From: a virus
Taxonomy: Duplodnaviria > Caudoviricetes
Direction: 5' to 3' (one strand)
DNA: 64,000 nt
IMG/VR virus record: IMGVR_UViG_3300031555_004524
Coordinates: 128,001 to 192,000 of that record
The position numbers were made by a program, and so were the translations under genes. Under the pieces are notes generated by a model. That model had not been told where the DNA came from and ran no database searches. It was given only the letters and a program-made list of their open reading frames with translations. Below are positions 28,780 through 37,699 of this stretch, in pieces. Every line of letters starts with the position of its first letter. Positions within the stretch are counted from its first letter, which is position 1.

Positions 28780-28911
28780 TACAAAAATAATCCCTAGTGG
28801 GCACGCAACCACTAGGGATTATTTGTTGTTTCCGTTGCACGCGTTATGGCAACAATCATGGAATTTTTAAATGATTAAATACACAAAAGAGAGGATTCAA
28901 AAATGAACCCT
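28780..28911 (-). ncRNA. Array sRNA unit 5 (predicted)
   Basis: AACA-N6-TA at 28911-28922; 5' stem AGGGUUCA/UGAAUCCU; terminator 28786-28823 with U-tract. Confidence 0.62.
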
Positions 28912-28948
28912 ACTATATTGTTATTTGTTTAAAATTATATAAAGTTTT

Positions 28949-29329
28949 TTATTTTCGAGCTACTTTATATTTTTCTGATAATGCAGCAATATCTACTTTA
29001 TGTATGCATGATTCATCTACAACAATAACAATTTCATCTTCTTCAAAAATACCATAATGCTCAATAACGTTATCAATAGCTTCTTCTATTGATATTATTT
29101 TTTGATCATTAATATATTTTTCTAAATTGTTAGAGTATTCAATTAAACATGGGGAATATTCATCTTCTCTATGAATATCTACTTTATCTACTGTATATCC
29201 CATAATCTGTTCTTGGTATTCAGTAATTTTTTCTAATTCATTAAATGCTATATGGTTTTTTGTTAATCCACGAATACCTAAACCATAATTAGCATCTGAT
29301 TCTAATAAAAAATTTATTGTGTTTGACAT
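28949..29329 (-). CDS. Hypothetical acidic protein
   Basis: SD AAAGGAGG. Confidence 0.7.
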   Translation of the reverse strand: MSNTINFLLESDANYGLGIRGLTKNHIAFNELEKITEYQEQIMGYTVDKVDIHREDEYSPCLIEYSNNLEKYINDQKIISIEEAIDNVIEHYGIFEEDEIVIVVDESCIHKVDIAALSEKYKVARK

Positions 29330-29358
29330 GGCTAGTCAACCTCCTTTCTTCATTTATT

Positions 29359-30195
29359 CTAATGTTTATTTTTGTACTCATTAGAGGACTTTTCAGGTAG
29401 AGAAGCATATGATTTCTGTTTTAATTCAGAAATTCTTCTACATAGGACAGTCTCTATATCTTGCATTGTAGGTAAATTGTATAGGCCTCCCCCTGAGTCT
29501 CCAGGAAGCTGAATGGCTAATGGATTCATTTCTAATATAGAAAGCTCATACTTTTCATCAAACGTTAAAGTACGTTGTTTCATCTTTTCAATTTTATCCA
29601 TTACTTCCATAGGTATCCATTCTCCATACATTTCTATGAATCCTTCATAGTTACCCATCACTTTATCTAACGGAATAAATAGGTATTGTTGGTGAACTAA
29701 TTCGTGCACTGTTTCTGCTAATGGTATTATTCCTACTAATAAATAGTAATGAATATACATTACTTCTTTAGCTACTAATTCAACTTCAATACTTTCATGA
29801 TAGAATAATCTCTTTTCTATTACGGTAACTACTATATCATGTAGAGTAAAAGGAGAATGATGTAATTCTATTCTAATTTTGAAAGTATCTGTATTAGTAA
29901 CATTTTTTAAAAATGCACATTTATCCATACTCATATTTTCTCTTAAATAGTTCACAAATCGACGATATTCCCTAGAGCTCCGTATTACTCGTTTAATATC
30001 TTCGACATATTTTTTATAATCTTTTTCTTCATATATATCATAATCCTGCGTGTCATACTCAGGAAGATTATTTAATACTATTATATCGTTATAATACGTA
30101 TTATTTTGTAATTGATTGTTTTTGGGAATTTCAGGTAGATATGATTTACTATCTTCGATTTTAGTAAATAACCTGACAAGATTTTTATCACTCAA
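29359..30195 (-). CDS. His-rich HNH-like fold protein (paralog of 18567-19277), TTG start
   Basis: C...IELHH...H...LAETVHELVH; SD GGAGGG; late promoter at 30223-30234. Confidence 0.6.
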   Translation of the reverse strand: MSDKNLVRLFTKIEDSKSYLPEIPKNNQLQNNTYYNDIIVLNNLPEYDTQDYDIYEEKDYKKYVEDIKRVIRSSREYRRFVNYLRENMSMDKCAFLKNVTNTDTFKIRIELHHSPFTLHDIVVTVIEKRLFYHESIEVELVAKEVMYIHYYLLVGIIPLAETVHELVHQQYLFIPLDKVMGNYEGFIEMYGEWIPMEVMDKIEKMKQRTLTFDEKYELSILEMNPLAIQLPGDSGGGLYNLPTMQDIETVLCRRISELKQKSYASLPEKSSNEYKNKH

Positions 30196-30290
30196 TATAT
30201 TGTTCCCTCCTATTTAATTAATTATCGATTTGTTGATTTTATAATATTTGGATAACTTCATAATAAGATATTAAAAAGAGAGGTATTTTT

Positions 30291-31037
30291 ATGAAATTAA
30301 AAGATGATAAAACTACATATAGACCATATAATCGTAAATTTAAAGATCATAAATTAGAATGTATAGATAATATGGGAAATGGATCAAAATATTTATTTAG
30401 TGGAACTATAACTGGAGATACTGAAAATATAAGTGTGATGCTAACAAGTGGATATCCAGATTTTGGTGATGAATATACTAATAATTTTATCATATCTATT
30501 GATGATTTATTTAAATTGAAAGATATGATCATTTCAATAGAAGAAGAATATAATGATTATTTAACTTGTATATGTAATATAAATGATTGTTATACTGAAT
30601 TGCATAATTATATAAAATATGGTATAGTTGATCATATTGTATTGGAAAAATTGGATGGTTCTTATCCTAATTATCATGAAGAATTATATACAATATTTAA
30701 AATTACTCCTAAATTTATACCTGATTTATCTTCTAAAGATATAGATATTACTGTAAATATTGGATTTAATTTTATAGACTGTTTTCATATAATTCCAACT
30801 GATAAAAGTATAGGTGAATTTTTACGTAAAATAGTTGGAGAAGATGGTGGAGATATTAATATAAAATTTATAAATTATGATATATCTAAAGAAGCAGAAA
30901 AATATAAACAAAGAATGTTAAAAGAGTTAGATGAATATAATTCACACAAAAGAAGAATACCTACAGCAGAAGAAAGAAAAGAAATGGAAAAAATGTTACA
31001 TGATATGAGAAAAAAGACAAATAATAACCCAGTATAG
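30291..31037 (+). CDS. Hypothetical protein
   Basis: SD GAGAGG; late promoter variant AACT-N6-TA at 30254-30265. Confidence 0.7.
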   Translation: MKLKDDKTTYRPYNRKFKDHKLECIDNMGNGSKYLFSGTITGDTENISVMLTSGYPDFGDEYTNNFIISIDDLFKLKDMIISIEEEYNDYLTCICNINDCYTELHNYIKYGIVDHIVLEKLDGSYPNYHEELYTIFKITPKFIPDLSSKDIDITVNIGFNFIDCFHIIPTDKSIGEFLRKIVGEDGGDINIKFINYDISKEAEKYKQRMLKELDEYNSHKRRIPTAEERKEMEKMLHDMRKKTNNNPV

Positions 31038-31057
31038 TATTTTACTATACTGGGTTA
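31025..31057. terminator. Bidirectional terminator
   Basis: Stem taacccagtatagta/tactatactgggtta between convergent genes. Confidence 0.8.
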
Positions 31058-31060
31058 ATT

Positions 31061-32122
31061 TTATTCAAATTCTTCTTCAGATATTATTTCATCTATTTCA
31101 TCATAATAATCATCAGATTCAATATAATCATCTTCGTAGTATGAATTTTCTATATTTGAAGAATTATTATGATAATTTGAACCATCAAAATATTTATTAT
31201 AATTTTCATATATATTATATCCAGAAGTTCTAAATAAATTAAAATATCCTATTGTGTCATTATCTTTCATATGTATATTCATAGCCCAATTCCAAATATT
31301 ATCATAACTACAATGATACATACAATCATCTAATCTCATAGTCAATAATATTACACTTCCTGATATTGGATGATATATATAATTTGGTAAATTTTTTAAT
31401 TCTAAATAAGAACTATATGAATATAGCATTGTAATTGTTGATAAGTTCATTATTTCTATAATATTATCTTGTATTATTTCTCGTGGTATTTCTAGTAAAT
31501 TTTCAAATACAAATTCCATATGATCAAATTCTAAAATAGTTAAAACTGATGTTTCATGGTTATATCGTTTTAATGCTGTTTTATAATCTTTATATGGAGA
31601 TATATTTTTAATATATTTATCAGTTGCATCATAAAAATTATAATTATTTTCTATTGCAAAATCATTTTCTGATAATAAATTATATCTGATTAATAAATCC
31701 CAACCATCTGATGGTAAAGTAGTAATTAAATCAAATATTCTTGGTATAATATTATTGTCTGAATTTCTATATTTCAATATCAAATTTTCATAATCTATTA
31801 TTCTTCCAGATATATATAATCTAGTTGTATTGTATTGATCTAATATGGTCATATATCTAAAATTAATATTTGTTGATTTTAAGAATGAGATATGATTATG
31901 TACATATTCTCCATTTTCTAATGTAAATTCCATTACAATATTAGAAAATAATCTGCATAATTCACTAGTATCATACATAGTATATCTATTTGTATATATA
32001 ATTTGTGAATCTATAATATTGGAATATTCATTTGAATAGTTTGTTTCATAATCTTTTTTTCTAGTTAATTGATTAAATAATATTTGTATTTTTTTAAATA
32101 TTTTTATAAAGAATTGTTTCAT
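31061..32122 (-). CDS. Hypothetical protein, possibly degenerate ThyX-like fold
   Basis: SD AAGGAGG; weak motifs HETSVLTILEFDHMEFVFENL and TRLYISGRIIDY; no RHR motif. Confidence 0.5.
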   Translation of the reverse strand: MKQFFIKIFKKIQILFNQLTRKKDYETNYSNEYSNIIDSQIIYTNRYTMYDTSELCRLFSNIVMEFTLENGEYVHNHISFLKSTNINFRYMTILDQYNTTRLYISGRIIDYENLILKYRNSDNNIIPRIFDLITTLPSDGWDLLIRYNLLSENDFAIENNYNFYDATDKYIKNISPYKDYKTALKRYNHETSVLTILEFDHMEFVFENLLEIPREIIQDNIIEIMNLSTITMLYSYSSYLELKNLPNYIYHPISGSVILLTMRLDDCMYHCSYDNIWNWAMNIHMKDNDTIGYFNLFRTSGYNIYENYNKYFDGSNYHNNSSNIENSYYEDDYIESDDYYDEIDEIISEEEFE

Positions 32123-32179
32123 TATAATTCCTCCTTAAATTAGTATTATTAATTATATTTTTTAATATAAATATATTTT

Positions 32180-32401
32180 GACATGAGATATCCCAGTATA
32201 GATTTACTCTATACTGGGTTTCCGTTCTATCTCGTTTTCTACAACTGAAGTCCTGTACTACAAAATAGTTACAAAAATTAGTCCTTAGAATCTCATAAAT
32301 TCAAAACAAAAAAGAAAGAAAAATGAAAATCTATGACATACACACTGAACGAATTATTTTTAGCAAAATAATTATAACTACCACTTTATAATTATATGCT
32401 T
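32180..32401 (-). ncRNA. Predicted ~220-nt sRNA
   Basis: AACA-N6-TA at 32401-32412; 5' hairpin at +1; pyrimidine loop; 3' hairpin 32192-32218; no ORF. Confidence 0.6.
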
Positions 32402-32606
32402 ATTATCATGTTTAATAATTTAAAGATAATATTAAAAATACAAAAATAGCAGGTGTCAGGGGTTAAAAACCCCTGAACCCCCTTAGTCTTTGTTTTTATT
32501 TTTTATTTTTCTTGTTTTTTTAGTTTTTTGTTTTTTTTGTGTTTTAAAACGATGTGTTGTCTTCTGTAATTTTCTATTTGGAAATAAGTGGAAAAATAAT
32601 ATTAAT

Positions 32607-32643
32607 ATTTAAGATGATACCCGTGGAGAGTATCATCTTAAAT
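32607..32643 (-). terminator. Intrinsic terminator after the RNAP beta gene
   Basis: Stem atttaagatgatac/gtatcatcttaaat. Confidence 0.75.
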
Positions 32644-32645
32644 TT

Positions 32646-35600
32646 TTAATCAAATAAATTATCTTGATATTTAATTCCTAGAATATCTTTACAATGCCTA
32701 TCCAATTCCACAAGATATTTATATATAGATCCAACTACTAAAATTGAACATACTTTTCTTGCATTAATAGAAGCACAAGAAGTTACAGAATGAATTTTTT
32801 CATTTGGTCTATAATTTCCTCTAGGTTCATCTCCTTTAGGGAAGAATCCTTTAATAACACCTTTATTTGCAGAATAATAAATTAACTTATCGCCGACAGA
32901 CATCTTATCTTCATATTTAAGATAAATTTTTATAGCTACTCCATCACTAGCATTTTTCAATTCGCCTACAGGAGGTAATTTATCAGTAGCTCCTAAATGA
33001 AAATCTTTACCAGCAATGTTTAATTCATCCATTTCTTTCTTTCTTCTATTTATATTACGTTCATAATCATTAAATAATTTCTTTAATGATGGAGATAATT
33101 CATCTTTATCTACACAACGCAATAATTCTATATCTTGTACAACTCCAGTTACTTTAGATTTAATAGATCTTCTACCTAATTCGCTAATTTCATCTTCATC
33201 GTCGATGAGATTTCTTAATAAAATATTAGCATCTTCTTCGTCATATGGAGTTTGTATAGTTAATAATGTATCTCCTTCTTCTATTTTTTGTCCAACTTTT
33301 ACCATATTATAAATATTAGTATCTTTTGGAAGAATAATAGGATGATTTGGGCACATTAATATTACATCTGATGTCATAGCTTCAGATAAATCTTCTGATA
33401 TAATAGCGCTATCTTCAAATCCTTCATCAGTATTTAATATAGCTACTTTAGTAATAGTACCAATATTATATGCAATATTACCAGATTCGCCTAATTCATT
33501 AGAGAAAGATTCTTTATCATATGCTAAAATTTCTCCAGCTTTAAAAGTACTTCCTTCTTTTAAATCTGTATCTAATTTTAAAGTTACATAAAATCCACTA
33601 CTAGAGTTTTTCTCTACATTAGTAGATAAATCAATATAATCTTTAGTTCCATCTTTATATTCAACAATCATTCTTTCGTCATTTAAACTAATAACTTTAC
33701 CAGATTTATCTGCTTTTTTTGCAAAGATGTTTGAAATTAAATAAGGTAACGCCTCATCTGCTCCTGTAGTGATCAAACTAGGGTTAGCTCTTCTACTTCT
33801 CATGTAATGTTTTGAAGTTTGAACGTAAGTCATCGCTGTTCTGAAAGGATCGTCTCTAGTAGACCCATACGGTGTCAAAGCTTCAGTCATACACAAAGAT
33901 TTAGTAACAGACATTACATTTTCATCTAATTTATTTTTATTTGTAATATATCCTCTAACTGTAGATACATTAGCATCAATTGTAGCTTGTCTAGAAACAC
34001 CTACATTTCCAGCAAATCCAGTGGACATACCTAATACGCCAATCATTGATTCATCATATGAACGCTTGTCGAGTGTATATGATCTATCCGAGTTCATACC
34101 AGATGGACCTTTAGCAGTTACAATAGTATATGCTTCATATTCAGATAAAGCATTGATAATAGACTTATCACTGGTAGTGGAGTTTAATAATACTTCATCA
34201 ATCAATGCAGATTGTTTTACTGAAAACATACCACTTCTACCATGTTTCATCTGAGTAGAATATTGACCATAAGCTCTAGCCATCACAGTATAAAGCATAG
34301 CTGGTATTTGTTCATTTCTACGAATACGTCTATTATCAGTAAGATTAGTATGCTTGATAAATTTATTATCAGCTAATAATCTATTTGCATATAATAATAT
34401 TTCAATATAATCTGTAGGAAGTTTATAATATTTTAAAGTTTCTACAGTAATAGGTTTATCTACCATTAAATTATAGAAGTTGTCTAAACCATCTGCTTTT
34501 ATTCTTCCACCAAAATCATCTAAGAAATCTAAATACATAGATTTACTATTCATATCTCCTATAGAATAACTTGCAGTGTCACAAGCTTTTAATCCATTCA
34601 ATAATAATGATGATGCATAATCTAAGTCATATATTAAATATGCATCTTTAAAACGAATGAAATCTTGTGTATTCAAATCTATACCTTTTTTATTATCAGC
34701 TATAGTGTAATTAATGCCAGCTTTATCTAAAGTTTTCTTTAATCCTTCACTGTATGCGCATATAACTATTACTGGTATTTCTGTATTAAGAATACTAGCT
34801 TTTGAATATGTGTATCTAATAGAAGGAGTTGCTTTTTCATATAATTGAGTAAAGTTTTCCTTAGAAAGTTCTTTATCTACCCCTAATAATAAAGCTAACC
34901 AATAAGCAAATGATACAAATTTACCATCTATTGTGGCTTCGCTATCATAATATAATATTTCTTTTGATTTATTTACTACTGCATATGGAATACCTTTACC
35001 CTCGTCAATCTTATCTCCATATAAATTTCGTAATTCTTCCTGATTAAAATATACTGTATAATCAGGTGTAATAAATTTATTATATATTGTAGCTAAATCT
35101 ACATAATCTATCGGTAATTCATAACGAGAACAAATCTTGCTATTATCACCTTCAACTATCTTAAGATTTTTAAATTTATGCTTTGTGATTGTTTTAATTA
35201 ATCTATCACAAGGTCCAATAGATTTACCACTTGTAGTACCAAATCTTCTAATAAATATTTTATTATAATTGGATACAATCTGTACAGTATCTTCACCAGT
35301 TTTAATAATAGGCATGAGGAATAATTGGCTAGAAATATCTTTTCTATTTCCTCTAAGTTTCATATATTTATTATCAATAAATAATGGAACGTCGAGTTTA
35401 ATAGTATATCTCTTACCATTTATATCTTCATATTTAACAGTATAAGTTTCAATTATATCCTCACTTGTAGACGTATCTTCAGCTTCAATGCTAATTACAC
35501 TTAATGGAGGATTCATATCTGCAAAAGAGTTAAATATTTTAACTATATCTTCATCTGGATTATATTGATCGAAAGAACTACAATAAGTAAGATGATTCCA

Positions 35601-37586
35601 TTCATCATTTACTGTAGCAACGTTTAATTTAACTTCTTTTAATGGTTCTTGAGATTTAGAATTATCTTCAGCTAATAATTCTTTTAAAGGTTTTCCTTTA
35701 AATTCTTTTTCCATTAAATCATTTTGAAGTTTAACCATTCTAGATGCTCTAGCTGCACTAATATTAGATTTATCATCTGGATCTTCTGCTAAGTCAGCTA
35801 AAATTTGTTTTAATTTTTCATCATTATCCAGCGTATCCAAAGTATCATCTACAGTAGTACTTATAGCTGCAGCTTTAGCAACTTTACTTACAATTTCATC
35901 CTTATTTTCTTTATTCTTATCAGTACCTTCATTTTTATCTTCTTTATCCTTTGTATCTGTTTTAACTTTATTTGATTTTGTTTCTGTATTATCATCTTTT
36001 TTAGCAGAGATGTCATCTATAGTAACACCTTGAGATTTTTCAACTTTATCTACAATATCAACAGTGATAGCTTTTGCTGATATCTGTCTATCTAAAGTTT
36101 CATCTTCTGGCACATATTTTTTATCTCTGAGTAATTTAATATTTCTAATAAATAACTGATTTACAGATTTCATATCAACTGTACTGAAATTTATTTTGAA
36201 ATATCCATTTGCGCCCATAAATAAAAATGTAATATCGCCAAATAAAGTTTTCATTTTAGCTGGATTTTTATATAATGTCTGATAAATACAAGAAATTGGA
36301 TTAATTCCATTCTGAATCATCCATAACTTACTTTCTTTACCATTCATATCCCAATCGATAATAGGAATAATAACAGTTTTTACGTTATATCCATTAGCTT
36401 TTAATCGTTTATCATTAATAAGTCTATCCATTAAATCAAGGTAAATTTCATATCCTCTATTTAATTTATAGGTATTATTTCTAATAAAACTTTCATTATA
36501 TCTACTGAAATCTATGAAGAGATTTAATCCTTTATACATTTCAAGCTTATTGTAAGTATATTTAATAAAATCATTTTCTTCTTTTACTTTTTCATATATA
36601 TCTTGCATTTCTTTAAGATTTTTTATACGATCATTATACAGTAATTTTTTAATTACAGTATTATTTGTATCATTTCCCTCTTGAAATACAAATAAACAAG
36701 ATTCACCAATCTGTAAAATAGAATCATTTTTAAAGTAATCGGATTTGTAATTTTCAGTTACAATTGTAGAAGTTTCTTCTAAAAATCCAAATACTTTTGA
36801 AATTGTTGCACTAATCATAGTACCAACTACATATTCAGCAGAGAATAAATCATTGATTTGACCTTTTCTTACAATTGATGCAAATTTTTTATGACCATGT
36901 TTTTCAATATAATTATCGATTCTTATACATAATCTCTGCAATTCATCAGAGAATATCCAATTATTTTTATGAATAAAATATAAATCGCTTTCATATAAAG
37001 AGATTGCATATTTAAGTTCATTAGGTATATTGAATTTAGAATTCATTAATAAAAATTCCATAGCACAATATCTAAGATATGCTCCATAATTTTTGAGATT
37101 CTTATTAAATGCTGATTTACTAGCGACATTTATTGTTGTTTTTGTAGTATGAGGGATAGAATATTTTCTAAATACTTCTACGCTAATTGGATAATCAATA
37201 TCTATATTATAATCTTTATTAAGACTATCTATAGTAGAGATATTTAAAAACTTCATAACTTCAAAAGTATCAGATTCATATCCAGAATACAACATAGTTC
37301 TATTATTATCTCTACTAATAATATCATTTATATTTTCCAATACAGGTTCAGCTGATTCTTCTATAATAGTAGAACCATTCACATAATATAATGCAGCACG
37401 TTCAATGTAATATGAATTAAAATATTTATTTACGAATAATGGATGTGTCATCATTCGTTTTGATGATTCATATGACGGAGTCAATAACATAGCTACACTA
37501 TTTTTTCTTTTATTTTTATCATTAATAGGTAATAAAAATTTCTTACGATAGATTTTTATATCCTGTAATTCGTCAAGAAAAAACAT
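32646..37586 (-). CDS. rpoB: RNA polymerase beta subunit with long N-terminal extension (probably virion RNAP)
   Basis: KGPSG, TPYGSTRDDPFRTAMTYVQ, GFEDSAIIS, GDKL...NKGVI, SINARK; late promoter at 37609-37620. Confidence 0.9.
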   Translation of the reverse strand: MFFLDELQDIKIYRKKFLLPINDKNKRKNSVAMLLTPSYESSKRMMTHPLFVNKYFNSYYIERAALYYVNGSTIIEESAEPVLENINDIISRDNNRTMLYSGYESDTFEVMKFLNISTIDSLNKDYNIDIDYPISVEVFRKYSIPHTTKTTINVASKSAFNKNLKNYGAYLRYCAMEFLLMNSKFNIPNELKYAISLYESDLYFIHKNNWIFSDELQRLCIRIDNYIEKHGHKKFASIVRKGQINDLFSAEYVVGTMISATISKVFGFLEETSTIVTENYKSDYFKNDSILQIGESCLFVFQEGNDTNNTVIKKLLYNDRIKNLKEMQDIYEKVKEENDFIKYTYNKLEMYKGLNLFIDFSRYNESFIRNNTYKLNRGYEIYLDLMDRLINDKRLKANGYNVKTVIIPIIDWDMNGKESKLWMIQNGINPISCIYQTLYKNPAKMKTLFGDITFLFMGANGYFKINFSTVDMKSVNQLFIRNIKLLRDKKYVPEDETLDRQISAKAITVDIVDKVEKSQGVTIDDISAKKDDNTETKSNKVKTDTKDKEDKNEGTDKNKENKDEIVSKVAKAAAISTTVDDTLDTLDNDEKLKQILADLAEDPDDKSNISAARASRMVKLQNDLMEKEFKGKPLKELLAEDNSKSQEPLKEVKLNVATVNDEWNHLTYCSSFDQYNPDEDIVKIFNSFADMNPPLSVISIEAEDTSTSEDIIETYTVKYEDINGKRYTIKLDVPLFIDNKYMKLRGNRKDISSQLFLMPIIKTGEDTVQIVSNYNKIFIRRFGTTSGKSIGPCDRLIKTITKHKFKNLKIVEGDNSKICSRYELPIDYVDLATIYNKFITPDYTVYFNQEELRNLYGDKIDEGKGIPYAVVNKSKEILYYDSEATIDGKFVSFAYWLALLLGVDKELSKENFTQLYEKATPSIRYTYSKASILNTEIPVIVICAYSEGLKKTLDKAGINYTIADNKKGIDLNTQDFIRFKDAYLIYDLDYASSLLLNGLKACDTASYSIGDMNSKSMYLDFLDDFGGRIKADGLDNFYNLMVDKPITVETLKYYKLPTDYIEILLYANRLLADNKFIKHTNLTDNRRIRRNEQIPAMLYTVMARAYGQYSTQMKHGRSGMFSVKQSALIDEVLLNSTTSDKSIINALSEYEAYTIVTAKGPSGMNSDRSYTLDKRSYDESMIGVLGMSTGFAGNVGVSRQATIDANVSTVRGYITNKNKLDENVMSVTKSLCMTEALTPYGSTRDDPFRTAMTYVQTSKHYMRSRRANPSLITTGADEALPYLISNIFAKKADKSGKVISLNDERMIVEYKDGTKDYIDLSTNVEKNSSSGFYVTLKLDTDLKEGSTFKAGEILAYDKESFSNELGESGNIAYNIGTITKVAILNTDEGFEDSAIISEDLSEAMTSDVILMCPNHPIILPKDTNIYNMVKVGQKIEEGDTLLTIQTPYDEEDANILLRNLIDDEDEISELGRRSIKSKVTGVVQDIELLRCVDKDELSPSLKKLFNDYERNINRRKKEMDELNIAGKDFHLGATDKLPPVGELKNASDGVAIKIYLKYEDKMSVGDKLIYYSANKGVIKGFFPKGDEPRGNYRPNEKIHSVTSCASINARKVCSILVVGSIYKYLVELDRHCKDILGIKYQDNLFD

Positions 37587-37658
37587 GATATATCCTCCTT
37601 TCCAAATTTACTATACTGTTCTGGTTTTAGCGTTATATGAGTCTTTTAGACAAAAAAA

Positions 37659-37689
37659 TAAGAGATATTATAAAATATAATATCTCTTA
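37659..37689 (-). terminator. Intrinsic terminator
   Basis: Stem taagagatattata/tataatatctctta. Confidence 0.75.
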
Positions 37690-37699
37690 ATAATTATTT

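Noticed and set aside
28090-28925. CRISPR array or tRNA cluster
   Set aside because: No identical direct repeats with regular spacers; no cloverleaf, T-loop or CCA pattern; each unit has its own promoter
28296-28932. Plus-strand micro-ORFs (MKKKSFLLPTYII, MILFAIL, MNPTILLFV) behind SD-like sequences
   Set aside because: All recognisable promoters and most G-U-containing stems point to the minus strand and no plus-strand promoter was seen; kept only as an alternative that ribosome profiling could revive
32646-37586. Intein or intron in the beta gene
   Set aside because: Frame is continuous; no intein splice-junction motifs or group I core elements seen
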